Shown here: positions 1 through 8,295 of the stretch, one piece after another
How positions within the stretch are numbered: the stretch's first letter is position 1
Layout of the letters: the number at the start of each line of letters is the position of its first letter
Origin: Candidatus Micrarchaeia archaeon
Lineage (GTDB): Archaea; Micrarchaeota; Micrarchaeia; Norongarragalinales; UBA8480
Assembly (NCBI GenBank): GCA_039794045.1
Contig: JBAMLY010000012.1
Location: 21,488 to 32,883 of the forward strand
Length of the DNA stretch: 11,396 nt
Direction of reading: 5' to 3'
The notes under the pieces: model-generated
Databases searched by the model: none
Told to the model about the DNA's origin: nothing
What the model saw: only the letters and a program-made list of their open reading frames with translations
Position numbers and translations under genes: made by a program

Positions 1-1
1 C

Positions 2-565
2 ACAAAAAACAAAGCATTCATCGGCCCCCTCGGCGACGATATTCCGTCGATTTTCCCGATAGTCCTCGGCATACTAATCTTCATGGGCACCCTCATCTAC
101 GTCAACAACGCCCTCACCGCGCGCAACGACGAATTCAACCTCCGACGCGCCGCACTCAGCCTCGGCTACCTCGCCACCCAAAAAGGAGCTTACACTCTAG
201 ACGAGTTCAAAACCCTTTGCATCACGCGCCTCACGCCCTTCGCCAACCAGCAAGGAATAAACTTTGCAGTCGTAATGAAGCGCCACTGCAACAAAATAGA
301 CTTGTTCGGCACCAACCCCTTCTTCTCAGGCTACAACTCCCCAAGAAGTGCCCAACCAGACCCCGGCCTGTGCACGAACGACGCAAACCTCGCAAACCAA
401 ATCAGTACTACGGACAACTCCTACGAAAGCGCGAAAGCCAGCTTCCCCAACAACACGATAGTATACAACTACCCAGTGTCAGTGCCCTGCCCCGAAGCCA
501 ACTCGTCAACTCAAGGACTAGGAATAATGAACGTGATAGCATGGCCCAAAACCAAAAACAAGTAA
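2..565 (+). CDS. Type IV pilin-like (class III signal peptide) protein, 5'-truncated by the window
   Basis: The frame of ORF 83..565 is open back to base 2: TKNKA/FIGPLGDDIPSIFPIVLGILIFMGTLIYV. This is basic residues, then K-A|F, then a hydrophobic helix, as in prepilin-like N-termini. It ends in a beta-strand-Trp motif (MNVIAW) and has 4 Cys. Confidence 0.65.
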   Translation, partial: TKNKAFIGPLGDDIPSIFPIVLGILIFMGTLIYVNNALTARNDEFNLRRAALSLGYLATQKGAYTLDEFKTLCITRLTPFANQQGINFAVVMKRHCNKIDLFGTNPFFSGYNSPRSAQPDPGLCTNDANLANQISTTDNSYESAKASFPNNTIVYNYPVSVPCPEANSSTQGLGIMNVIAWPKTKNK

Positions 566-1314
566 AAAACAAGGCAAGCCCCGGCGCCGCGCCACCACGC
601 GCCACGCAAGGAAAACACCGCGCGCAAGCCGCAATATTCGACGGCATAATGTTCTTGCTGCTCTCTAGCTTCAGCGTCGCAATAATCTTCTCGTTCCTCA
701 ACAACTACGGCGCCGCACAAGACCGCGTCATGCAAAGCGCGAACATCGTAAACTACATGCACGGCGTCATGAAGCAAATCTATTATGTGGACGCCAGCAC
801 GCTCGCCAACGTAGACAACTACGGCAACGCGTTCCCCGGAGACTACGGCGACGAGAAAAACGTTTACGGCGAAATGAACTGCAGCAACCTCTCCAAGTGG
901 AGTTCAAGCGTCGCCGACGTCGTCAAAAAAGACTTGTTGGACGGCAAGCTAGACGACAAGTTCGGAAACCAAGGCGGAATAGCTCTAGGAAAAACGGCGC
1001 TCCGCTGCCTCTTCAAAGAAACCATGAAGCCATTCCGCCAAGCAGGCTACCACTACTTCGTGGAAATCCTCAACCCCGACACTTACTTCCCACTCCAAGC
1101 CCCCACCGGAACATACAACGCATCCCCCAATTCCTATCCACTCCCCTGGGTAACCGACCTGCAATCCACAAACGCCGACACACCAATCGTGTGGGGCTGC
1201 GCCGACCCGAAAATAAACACGACCAGCATCCTCGCAGTCAGCATGCCGTTCCGCGTCCTAAACGAAAACGCGCAAAACGAAGACTACCAAATACGCGTCT
1301 GCATCTGGCGCTAA
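541..1314 (+). CDS. Type IV pilin-like / minor pilin-like protein (about 257 aa)
   Basis: ATG at 541 overlaps the end of the upstream gene. KHRA|QAAIFDGIMFLLLSSFSVAIIFSFL is a class III signal peptide-like segment, followed by a polar N/D/T-rich domain with 4 Cys and C-terminal IRVCIWR. The 217-540 extension is shadow of the upstream gene. Confidence 0.7.
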   Translation: MAQNQKQVKNKASPGAAPPRATQGKHRAQAAIFDGIMFLLLSSFSVAIIFSFLNNYGAAQDRVMQSANIVNYMHGVMKQIYYVDASTLANVDNYGNAFPGDYGDEKNVYGEMNCSNLSKWSSSVADVVKKDLLDGKLDDKFGNQGGIALGKTALRCLFKETMKPFRQAGYHYFVEILNPDTYFPLQAPTGTYNASPNSYPLPWVTDLQSTNADTPIVWGCADPKINTTSILAVSMPFRVLNENAQNEDYQIRVCIWR

Positions 1315-1330
1315 ACCTCTCTCCCCACCA

Positions 1331-1391
1331 CTTTTTTGCTCGTCACTACGCTTCACTTCATTCCTCGCAAAAACCTGCGCACTAAAAAAAG
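1331..1391. terminator. Probable bidirectional terminator / short palindromic element between convergent genes
   Basis: T6 run at 1332-1337 on +, A-runs (T-runs on -) near 1369-1373 and 1384-1390, and an inverted repeat TTTTTGC...GCAAAAA. Confidence 0.45.
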
Positions 1392-1399
1392 CAAAAACT

Positions 1400-2716
1400 C
1401 TACTTCTTCGAAACAGTGACTTCCTCGCCGCACTTCGGGCACACGTACACGAAGCCAGAATCAGTGAGAGTAACTGAAGGCGAGCAGTTCGCGCACATTC
1501 CCGTCCCACAATAAGGACAGAAAACCACGCGAATGTTTTTCGTCCCGCAAGTCGGACAAGTAGTAACACTGGAAGGCTTGACAGGCTCCCCCGCCTTCCC
1601 AGCCACAACTCCCCCCTCTTCCTTTTCGGCAGGCGCGGCAGCCACTCCCTCCCCCTTTCCAGCCTCTTTAGGAGCAGCACCCGAAATCGCTCCCAACTCC
1701 GCGAACAACCCGCCCTCCTTCGACGGCGCGGCAGGAGCAGGCGCGGAACCACTCAATTGCGCGAACAAGTCAGAAGCAGGCTTTGCAGGCGCAACTGCAG
1801 GCGCGCCCAACAACTCCTCGAAAGAAAGCTGTTTCTTTTCTTCAACCGGCTTTTCTGCCTCTTTTTCTTGAGCGCGCCTTCTCGCCTCGCGCGGCGAAAT
1901 CCTTTCCTCTCTTCCTCCCGCCTTCTTTTCCTCAGGCTTTTCCTCCGGCTTTGCGGGAGGCTCTATCGCCTTGTACTGAGCGTAAACCTCTCCAAACATT
2001 TGCTCTTCAGCTTTAGCAGGTTGCTGGACTGGCGTCCCACCACTAGCCTGCTTTTGCTGTCGCGCCAGCAAATAACGACGGTGCACCACGGGCTGCTCGG
2101 CCTTCCCTCCAGCCGGCGCGGCCTCCTGTGCTGCCGCCTCCTTCAAAGCCTCTCCCACAACGTCACGAAGCACTGCCTCTGCCTCGGTCTCGCGAACCCT
2201 CCGCAACACCGCGGCAGCCGCCTCAGGAGGAGTAATCTTTTCAGGCACTGCAACCGGTTGCGGCGGCAACGCGGCAGGCGACTCGACAGGACGCGCTTGC
2301 TGTTCTCGCGGCGCAGCCTCCCTCTTCTTACCACCAAACAAGAAAGAAAGAAAGCCCTTCTTCTCTGGAACGCGTTGTGGTTGAAGTTCTCGCGCGCCAG
2401 ACTCAAGCAAAGGCTGTGCAAGAGCTTGCGCGGGCGCAGGCGCGCTCTCTCCACCCAACTCGCTCTTAGTTTCGGTTTCAGTCTTAATTTCTGGTATTGG
2501 AGTGGGCGCCGAAGGAACAGGCTTTAGCACTTGCGCCGCGGAAGGAAGAAGCTTTTCTTCACGTACTAGAGAAGGCACTGCAACCACGGCCCCGCCCTCA
2601 CCCGCCTGAACAGGCTGCTGCTTCAACGGCTTGGCAGGCCCCCCAACCCTTCCCTCTTTCAAGCGCGCCTTTGCCTTTTCCAGCTTCTCAAAAGCAGTGG
2701 CTTCACTTGAGTCCAT
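1400..2716 (-). CDS. Low-complexity (A/P/E/K) protein with an amphipathic helix and a C-terminal 8-Cys double zinc finger (438 aa)
   Basis: Likely start MDSSE at 2716, with TTTTTATA about 29 nt upstream. KKGFLSFLFGGKK at 2324-2362. C-terminal CPTC-x9-CPYC-x4-CANC-x14-CPKC. Confidence 0.85.
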   Translation of the reverse strand: MDSSEATAFEKLEKAKARLKEGRVGGPAKPLKQQPVQAGEGGAVVAVPSLVREEKLLPSAAQVLKPVPSAPTPIPEIKTETETKSELGGESAPAPAQALAQPLLESGARELQPQRVPEKKGFLSFLFGGKKREAAPREQQARPVESPAALPPQPVAVPEKITPPEAAAAVLRRVRETEAEAVLRDVVGEALKEAAAQEAAPAGGKAEQPVVHRRYLLARQQKQASGGTPVQQPAKAEEQMFGEVYAQYKAIEPPAKPEEKPEEKKAGGREERISPREARRRAQEKEAEKPVEEKKQLSFEELLGAPAVAPAKPASDLFAQLSGSAPAPAAPSKEGGLFAELGAISGAAPKEAGKGEGVAAAPAEKEEGGVVAGKAGEPVKPSSVTTCPTCGTKNIRVVFCPYCGTGMCANCSPSVTLTDSGFVYVCPKCGEEVTVSKK

Positions 2717-2737
2717 GAAAAACCTATCCCGCAACAG

Positions 2738-2788
2738 TATAAAAACAATGCTGGAAAAACAAGGAAGCCAGCGCAGGAAACTTAAAAA
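2738..2788. promoter_or_regulatory. Divergent archaeal TATA boxes
   Basis: TTTTTATA on - (2745-2738) starts 29 nt before ATG 2716. CTTAAAAA on + (2781-2788), preceded by purine-rich GCAGGAAA (BRE-like), lies about 29 nt before ATG 2811. Confidence 0.6.
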
Positions 2789-2810
2789 ACAAGTCCAGCC
2801 AAAGCCCTTC

Positions 2811-3068
2811 ATGGCAATCAACTTCGCCGCCTTCCTGGCCGAGGCAGGACTGCTCGCGTTGCTGGCCCTCCTCGCAAGCGTCGTCCTCTTTCCACTCGCG
2901 CTCTTGTTGAGCTTTCTTTACTCGTTCCTCGCCAAAAAATACGAGAAAGTCCCGCGGTTCGCGTTGTTGTTCGCCTGCCTATTCGCAGGCGCCCTCGCCG
3001 TCCTCGCCATCACCGAAATCTATTTGGGCTCCATGCTCCAGCAAATCCTTTCAACTCCCTACGCTTAA
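2811..3068 (+). CDS. Small membrane protein (85 aa, about 2 TM helices)
   Basis: MAINFAAFLAEAGLLALL... has two long hydrophobic segments separated by a KKYEKVPR loop. A TATA box lies upstream of ATG 2811. Confidence 0.75.
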   Translation: MAINFAAFLAEAGLLALLALLASVVLFPLALLLSFLYSFLAKKYEKVPRFALLFACLFAGALAVLAITEIYLGSMLQQILSTPYA

Positions 3069-3090
3069 CTCACGCAGCCTTTCGGCGCGC

Positions 3091-3106
3091 GTAAAACTAT
3101 TTAAAA
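3091..3106 (+). promoter_or_regulatory. BRE/TATA promoter of the 1303-aa gene
   Basis: GTAAAAC followed by TATTTAAAA (3098-3106), about 29 nt before ATG 3129. No SD sequence. Confidence 0.6.
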
Positions 3107-3128
3107 GCGGCCCGAAATTAACTTATTC

Positions 3129-6100
3129 ATGGGCAGCGCGCGCTCTGCACTCCTCCTTTCCTTCCTCGCGGCCTTCGCGTCACTAGCCGCGGCAGCTGCA
3201 ACGCAGCCCGCCACGTTAACCGCTGACTGCGTCCTCGACTATATGACTCCCCAACAAGTCCACCAATTCTGGGACGTGACAAGCGCGCGCGGCTTTCAAG
3301 GAAACCAAGTAAACGAGTTAAGCGACGCGCAACTAATGAATTACTCGCCCAAAAACTTGGAGTTAAACGCAACCACTTCAAAGCCAGCCACCATAGCAGT
3401 AGTAACAGTCTACGAAGCAGCGCGCGTGCTCGGCCTGGACGCGAACGAAACCGCTAAAAGCCTGGGCTTGAACGCAACAGACTACATTACCGTCCAGCAA
3501 GCACAACAACTCGGAAAAAAAAAGGGCTTGAGCACGACTGACTTGACGAAAATGCTTTCAAGCATGAAGACAAGCCAAATTCAAGCACAAACGCCAGGCG
3601 ACCAACTCCAAATAGGGTTGCCCAACGGCAAAAAAATTTCTCTCGCTGACATCGAAAAACTACAGCAAATCAACCCAGAAAACTGCTTGCTCTCAAGCAC
3701 TGACGTGGACGGACAAGTATCCTACATTGCCTTGCTCGGCTCGAGCGGCGCGCGAGGAAACAACTACGACTTAAACATTGGACACTCCAGCAACCCACAA
3801 ATAACTTCGTCCAACCAACACGTCGCCTCAGACAGCCTAGTTGCAGCCCTCTCCCTCGGCGAAGGCGGCGCCAACATCTTGATACCCCACCAGTACGCGC
3901 GGTGGCTGAACGCATTCAGCAAAATCAACATGGCTGACTTGATCGCCAACACGCTTTTAGGCGCGACGCTTTACACTTCCCAGTCCAGAATCAAGAAAAT
4001 AAGTGACTTGGAAAAAGAACTCGAAACACAAAAAGAAAGCGCCGCAAGAATCTCTGAAGCCTACCGCGGCATCGCAGAAGAACGCAATTCCCTCATCAAC
4101 GCAAGAGAAGTCGCGAGAGCAAGCGGCGACGAAGAACTAGTGGAAAAACTCACGAACAGAATAAACGCATTAGAAGAAGAAGCAGTAAAACAAAGCGAAG
4201 CCAACGCGAAAGCGCAAGCCGACATGGCTAAAACGAGGACAAGCCAAGACTTCGCCAAAAAACTGTCCGACTTCGACGAAGTAATTCGGTTGGTGACGCG
4301 GCGCGCGAACTACGGACTCATAATGGGCGCAATGTGGCTCGGGCCAGCCAGGTTCCTTTACACTGTAAACGAAGGACTACTTTTTTCCAGCGATTCCTTG
4401 AACGCCACCGAGAAAACAAGCTATTACTTGAAAGTCTTCATCAACAAGGAAGTCGCAACAGAGTTCAGGAGCGCAACAGACTTTCTCGGAATGGGCTACA
4501 TGCTAGAAATACTGAGCGGCTGGCTGAAAATAAACGCGCCACACAAGGCATTCCAGGCAGGAAACTATTTAGCAATAAACAACGGCGGAAGAGAAGCAAC
4601 GCAGGCAACGCAAGCAATACAAGAACAACTGCCTTCCACTACCTCCATCACCGGCAAGGGAGCTAGCGGCTGGCTCATAAACACGAAGTGGCAGGGGCCC
4701 TCGGACTTGACGCTCTTCGAAAAAATTTCTTTGTCAGAGCCAGACAACTATTCCTCGCTCTCCCTCGAAACCAACATGTTGCCACCCAACGCCATAATAA
4801 CGCGCCGCAACATCGACAAACTCTATGCTGAAGCAATAATGTTTTCCGTGCCATTCATAGCAACCACTAAACTAACGCAACTCCCAGGAAGAGTGTACAC
4901 TCTCGTCCCCTTCCTCTTAATAAACGAACTCGTAATGAAGCTCGACCACACTCAGTTCGCGAAAACAAAATGCGATCCCGCAGTAGTAAACAACTATATT
5001 TACGCTTACGGCGCCGTCATCACCGCCTCCAACATCTTGAACGCCTACCCCGCAACCAGCCTCCTCAAAATATCGCGCAACGCCTACAAGTACAGCATTG
5101 GAATAATCACGTCCGACGAAGCAAAAGCCATACTCGCAAAAGCAGGCACTGCCCCCTCGTGGATAGGACCAAACACGGCAGACCTCCTCGGCGTCATAGA
5201 CAAGCTAATGCTCCCCCAAGCCTTGCAAGTCGCAATAAGCTCTCGCGCGCAAGAATACGTTTCAGCGTGCTACGACGACCAATACCAAATACTCGGCTAC
5301 CAGTTACTCCCACAATCCAAGAAGTCCACCGTCAGCGACCAAATAAGCAAGATGAGCCAGCCACTAACCAATCTCTCCCAGCAACTCAACCTCGCCAACG
5401 CACTAAACATAAACAAAGCCCTAGACAACATAGCCCAAAAATTCAGTGAAGCAGAACGCTTTGAAATAATCAACTTGCGCGCGCAACTGCAAAACCAGCA
5501 AGCAGTAATCCAGCCAGCAGAAATTTATTACTTGCACTTCGACGCTTCAAACACGCGGTGGTGGAACTCGTTCGAGCAAAAGTGCTTCCGCGAATGCTTC
5601 TCCGCCCAAAACTACAGCGTCTGCATCGACGGCCTCCTTGGAGTCTACGCCATCAACGCAGCCACCGGCGAAAAAACAATTATTGCCTCGCCAGAGCGCG
5701 CCAAACGCCAGCTCACCAACTACGACCTCGCCAGAGCACTCATTCCAAACGCGTTAATCCAGTCAACCCTCAACTGCGGCAACGCCAAAATAATGCAAGT
5801 AGATTCCCTCGCAGTCCTCTCAATAACAGACTTGACTTGCCCCGCAATGCAGTGCATGCTCTCCCAACTGCAACAACTCGCGAAACGCCAAGCAAACGCG
5901 GCAGACCTCTCAAGCATTCTCGGAAAAGTAAAGAAAATCCACACCACGGAAGGCGAAATAGATTTTGGAGCCTCAAGCATTCGCTTCGTGCGCACCAACC
6001 CGCCCACCCAACAAGCACAACAAGCAGGACCCATTTACTCCCTCGTCCAACAACTCGCCACGCAAAACAAGAACGAGTCAGTGGGAACCGAAACAATACT

Positions 6101-7040
6101 CTCGCCAAAACAAGGAAGCACCACGCCCCAAGCACTCGCCGCCAACATTTACGGAAACGGCGCAGTCAAGCTAAGCAGCGCCACCGAGGAAAGCGTGGGC
6201 ACCCTGCAAACAATTCAAACAGAAAACGGAATGATAGACTACGACCCAACCACGGGAAGACTCACGATAACACTGTACTTACTCGCCTCCCTCCCAATAG
6301 AAGCAATGAAGGGAATAGAAACAAGCATCGCATGCGAAGAAATAAGAATAGACCGCATCAACCCAAAGACGGGCTACGAAGAGCTGGCAAGCCAGTTCAA
6401 CGCCGCCCTCCAACAAATCCAGGCAGACTGCGGACTCGCAGTACTCGAAACCCCGGACAAGATATACTCATTCAAGAAAGACGCGGATGGCAACAACATA
6501 ATACAAGTCTACGACAAGAAAACAGGACAAACGCAGACCTACAAGATAACCGGGCCAGCAAGAATGGAGGGAGACGAAATAGTCTTCCCAACAGACAAAG
6601 GAGAGCTGCGCTTCAAAATATTCCAGGACCCAGCCACAGGAAAGCCAATGCTTCAAGTAATATACCCTGACGGCACGCGCGACCTAGGCGAACTCATTGC
6701 CGCCCGCGGAATAAACGGCGTCCTCGCCTTCGACCCCCGCACAGGCACGTGGTACGCCTACAACGCGCAAGACATTCCACTCAACCCAGCCTTCGCCAGC
6801 AAAGGCGCTTCATTCTACCAAACACCCCAAGGACTCGCAGGACAACCCACCGACAACCTCGCAGGCTACACGCAACGCGTTCCCCTCACTACTACCAACG
6901 ACTTGCTCACCTTACTCGGCCTCCCCGCCTGGCCATCCCCCTCAAAAGAACTCCCATTATTCGCTGCAATGATTGCCGCAGTACTCGCCGGCATCGCCGC
7001 CGCCAGACACGCCACCAAAAAAACAATTAAAAACCACTAA
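3129..7040 (+). CDS. Large secreted, C-terminally membrane-anchored protein of unknown function (1303 aa)
   Basis: N-terminal signal peptide (LLLSFLAAFASLAAAAA), a coiled-coil-like segment (about aa 285-385), internal hydrophobic helices, several Cys, a G/T/D-rich beta-like C-terminal third, and a terminal TM helix followed by a basic tail. Confidence 0.9.
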   Translation: MGSARSALLLSFLAAFASLAAAAATQPATLTADCVLDYMTPQQVHQFWDVTSARGFQGNQVNELSDAQLMNYSPKNLELNATTSKPATIAVVTVYEAARVLGLDANETAKSLGLNATDYITVQQAQQLGKKKGLSTTDLTKMLSSMKTSQIQAQTPGDQLQIGLPNGKKISLADIEKLQQINPENCLLSSTDVDGQVSYIALLGSSGARGNNYDLNIGHSSNPQITSSNQHVASDSLVAALSLGEGGANILIPHQYARWLNAFSKINMADLIANTLLGATLYTSQSRIKKISDLEKELETQKESAARISEAYRGIAEERNSLINAREVARASGDEELVEKLTNRINALEEEAVKQSEANAKAQADMAKTRTSQDFAKKLSDFDEVIRLVTRRANYGLIMGAMWLGPARFLYTVNEGLLFSSDSLNATEKTSYYLKVFINKEVATEFRSATDFLGMGYMLEILSGWLKINAPHKAFQAGNYLAINNGGREATQATQAIQEQLPSTTSITGKGASGWLINTKWQGPSDLTLFEKISLSEPDNYSSLSLETNMLPPNAIITRRNIDKLYAEAIMFSVPFIATTKLTQLPGRVYTLVPFLLINELVMKLDHTQFAKTKCDPAVVNNYIYAYGAVITASNILNAYPATSLLKISRNAYKYSIGIITSDEAKAILAKAGTAPSWIGPNTADLLGVIDKLMLPQALQVAISSRAQEYVSACYDDQYQILGYQLLPQSKKSTVSDQISKMSQPLTNLSQQLNLANALNINKALDNIAQKFSEAERFEIINLRAQLQNQQAVIQPAEIYYLHFDASNTRWWNSFEQKCFRECFSAQNYSVCIDGLLGVYAINAATGEKTIIASPERAKRQLTNYDLARALIPNALIQSTLNCGNAKIMQVDSLAVLSITDLTCPAMQCMLSQLQQLAKRQANAADLSSILGKVKKIHTTEGEIDFGASSIRFVRTNPPTQQAQQAGPIYSLVQQLATQNKNESVGTETILSPKQGSTTPQALAANIYGNGAVKLSSATEESVGTLQTIQTENGMIDYDPTTGRLTITLYLLASLPIEAMKGIETSIACEEIRIDRINPKTGYEELASQFNAALQQIQADCGLAVLETPDKIYSFKKDADGNNIIQVYDKKTGQTQTYKITGPARMEGDEIVFPTDKGELRFKIFQDPATGKPMLQVIYPDGTRDLGELIAARGINGVLAFDPRTGTWYAYNAQDIPLNPAFASKGASFYQTPQGLAGQPTDNLAGYTQRVPLTTTNDLLTLLGLPAWPSPSKELPLFAAMIAAVLAGIAAARHATKKTIKNH

Positions 7041-7072
7041 AACCATTCAACACAAGTAGGAGGCGGTCCGAA

Positions 7073-7477
7073 ATGGAGAGGCAAAGCATTTCACAAAAAG
7101 AATACGTAATAAAAAAAGAGCACTTGCACCCCATAGTCAAATCCCTTGTAGAAGAACACTTGGAGCTAGCCAGAGAAGAAAACAACAAGGGCGAAGCAAG
7201 CCTCCCAATCTGGAGGTCAGCCACCGCCTCAAAAGCCAAAACACCGAAAAACTTTTTCTTGAACGAAATCGCGCGCAAGATAAGCCAAGAAAAATTCATT
7301 GACTCCAAGCACGCCAACAAATACTCTGAAGAAAGAGTCCTGAAACTCGTCTACAGCCACGTAAGAGTAAACAAGAAAGGCGACCTCGTCCTCTCCCGCG
7401 AAGGAGAAGCGCGCACACTCTGGCAAAAATTTTTGAACGCGGTCAAACCGCCAGCCGCAGCCTGGAAAGAATATTAA
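7073..7477 (+). CDS. Hypothetical basic protein (134 aa)
   Basis: GGAGG SD at 7059-7063, 9 nt before ATG. Fills the gap and converges on the kinase-like gene with a 3-nt spacer. No recognisable motif. Confidence 0.7.
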   Translation: MERQSISQKEYVIKKEHLHPIVKSLVEEHLELAREENNKGEASLPIWRSATASKAKTPKNFFLNEIARKISQEKFIDSKHANKYSEERVLKLVYSHVRVNKKGDLVLSREGEARTLWQKFLNAVKPPAAAWKEY

Positions 7478-7480
7478 AAA

Positions 7481-8134
7481 CTACGCCGCCCGCAACTCCC
7501 TCTCCTTCTCTTCCTTCAAAGCCAGCAACTGCTTCCTAAAGTCAGGACGCGAAACCCTTTCAAGCAAAAAACCAATCACTCCAAGTCTCTCGCGCGGCTC
7601 GAAAAAATCAAGCCACTTCCTCAACTGAAAAGCAACTCCCCTCCCACCAAGCTCCACGAACAAATCCAAGTCGTGCACCACAGGCTTGAAACCAGAAGAA
7701 GTACGAACAAAAGCAATGCTGTCAGTAAAAGGAACATAGCCCCTCCCAAGCAACCGCGCCACCAACTCAACAAAATCTTTTTTGCCTTCCGAGCCCAACT
7801 CCTTGAAAGCCACTTCAGCGTCCACCAGCTTGGAACGCTTGCCCTTCGCGAAAAGCTCTGAAACCAACACCTTCCTACCACCAAAATCAACGAAACCCAT
7901 TTTAGGCACGCGCACGCCAGCCTCACGCAAGTCACGAATGACTTTCTCGTAAGCCGCAACCTCTTCCCCAGACAAAGGCTTCCTGAACTCCTTAACCGCC
8001 ACCCCAAAAGACTTTCCGCCCTCGAACTTAATCCTACCCAAACGCACCACGCCACGAAAACCAGCACCCAACACACGCGAAGAAACCACTAACGACTTCA
8101 CGCGAGACGCAGAAAACAATTGCCTTCCAACCAA
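7481..8134 (-). CDS. Divergent protein-kinase-like fold protein (Bud32/RIO/Kdo-kinase-like), possibly a pseudokinase (about 217 aa)
   Basis: LGAGFRGVV Gly-loop, VAVK lysine, LREAGVRVPK, LVSE hinge, and VVHDLD at the DFG position. Start inferred at TTG 8134 (GGAGG at 8148-8144), with TTG 8140 as an alternative. The ORF-track start at 8356 runs through the tRNA. Confidence 0.75.
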   Translation of the reverse strand: MVGRQLFSASRVKSLVVSSRVLGAGFRGVVRLGRIKFEGGKSFGVAVKEFRKPLSGEEVAAYEKVIRDLREAGVRVPKMGFVDFGGRKVLVSELFAKGKRSKLVDAEVAFKELGSEGKKDFVELVARLLGRGYVPFTDSIAFVRTSSGFKPVVHDLDLFVELGGRGVAFQLRKWLDFFEPRERLGVIGFLLERVSRPDFRKQLLALKEEKERELRAA

Positions 8135-8140
8135 AACCAA

Positions 8141-8295
8141 TCCCCTCCCCCCACAAAAAAAACCCAAAAAAAACTCAAGCCCCTGGAGGGAACCAAACGT
8201 CTGCGACGGGGGCACCAAAGGTTCCCCCTTGCCCAGACCAGGCGTTCCCCCTCCCTCACAAAAAAAACCAAAAAAACTCAAGCCCCTGGAGGGAA
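8141..8295. repeat. Imperfect direct repeat of about 50 bp (8141-8192 and 8246-8295) containing the last 15 nt of tRNA-Thr plus its trailer, flanking a hairpin
   Basis: tcccctccccccacaaaaaaaacccaaaaaaaactcaagcccctggagggaa versus tccccctccctcacaaaaaaaaccaaaaaaactcaagcccctggagggaa. Period is about 103 bp. Confidence 0.9.

Noticed and set aside
5558..6670. Long alternative-frame ORFs (also 217-540, 897-1385, 1757-2527, 8551-8943, 10581-11366)
   Set aside because: R/P/Q/H-rich shadow frames overlapping better-supported genes or tRNAs, explained by compositional skew.
8185..8260. Hairpin followed by ACA as an H/ACA guide RNA
   Set aside because: No K-turn/K-loop GA motifs and no promoter on that strand. 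The ACA is part of the duplicated tRNA trailer.
8141..8295. Repeat-spacer-repeat as a mini CRISPR array
   Set aside because: Only two imperfect copies, derived from the tRNA end, with homopolymer runs and no cas genes.
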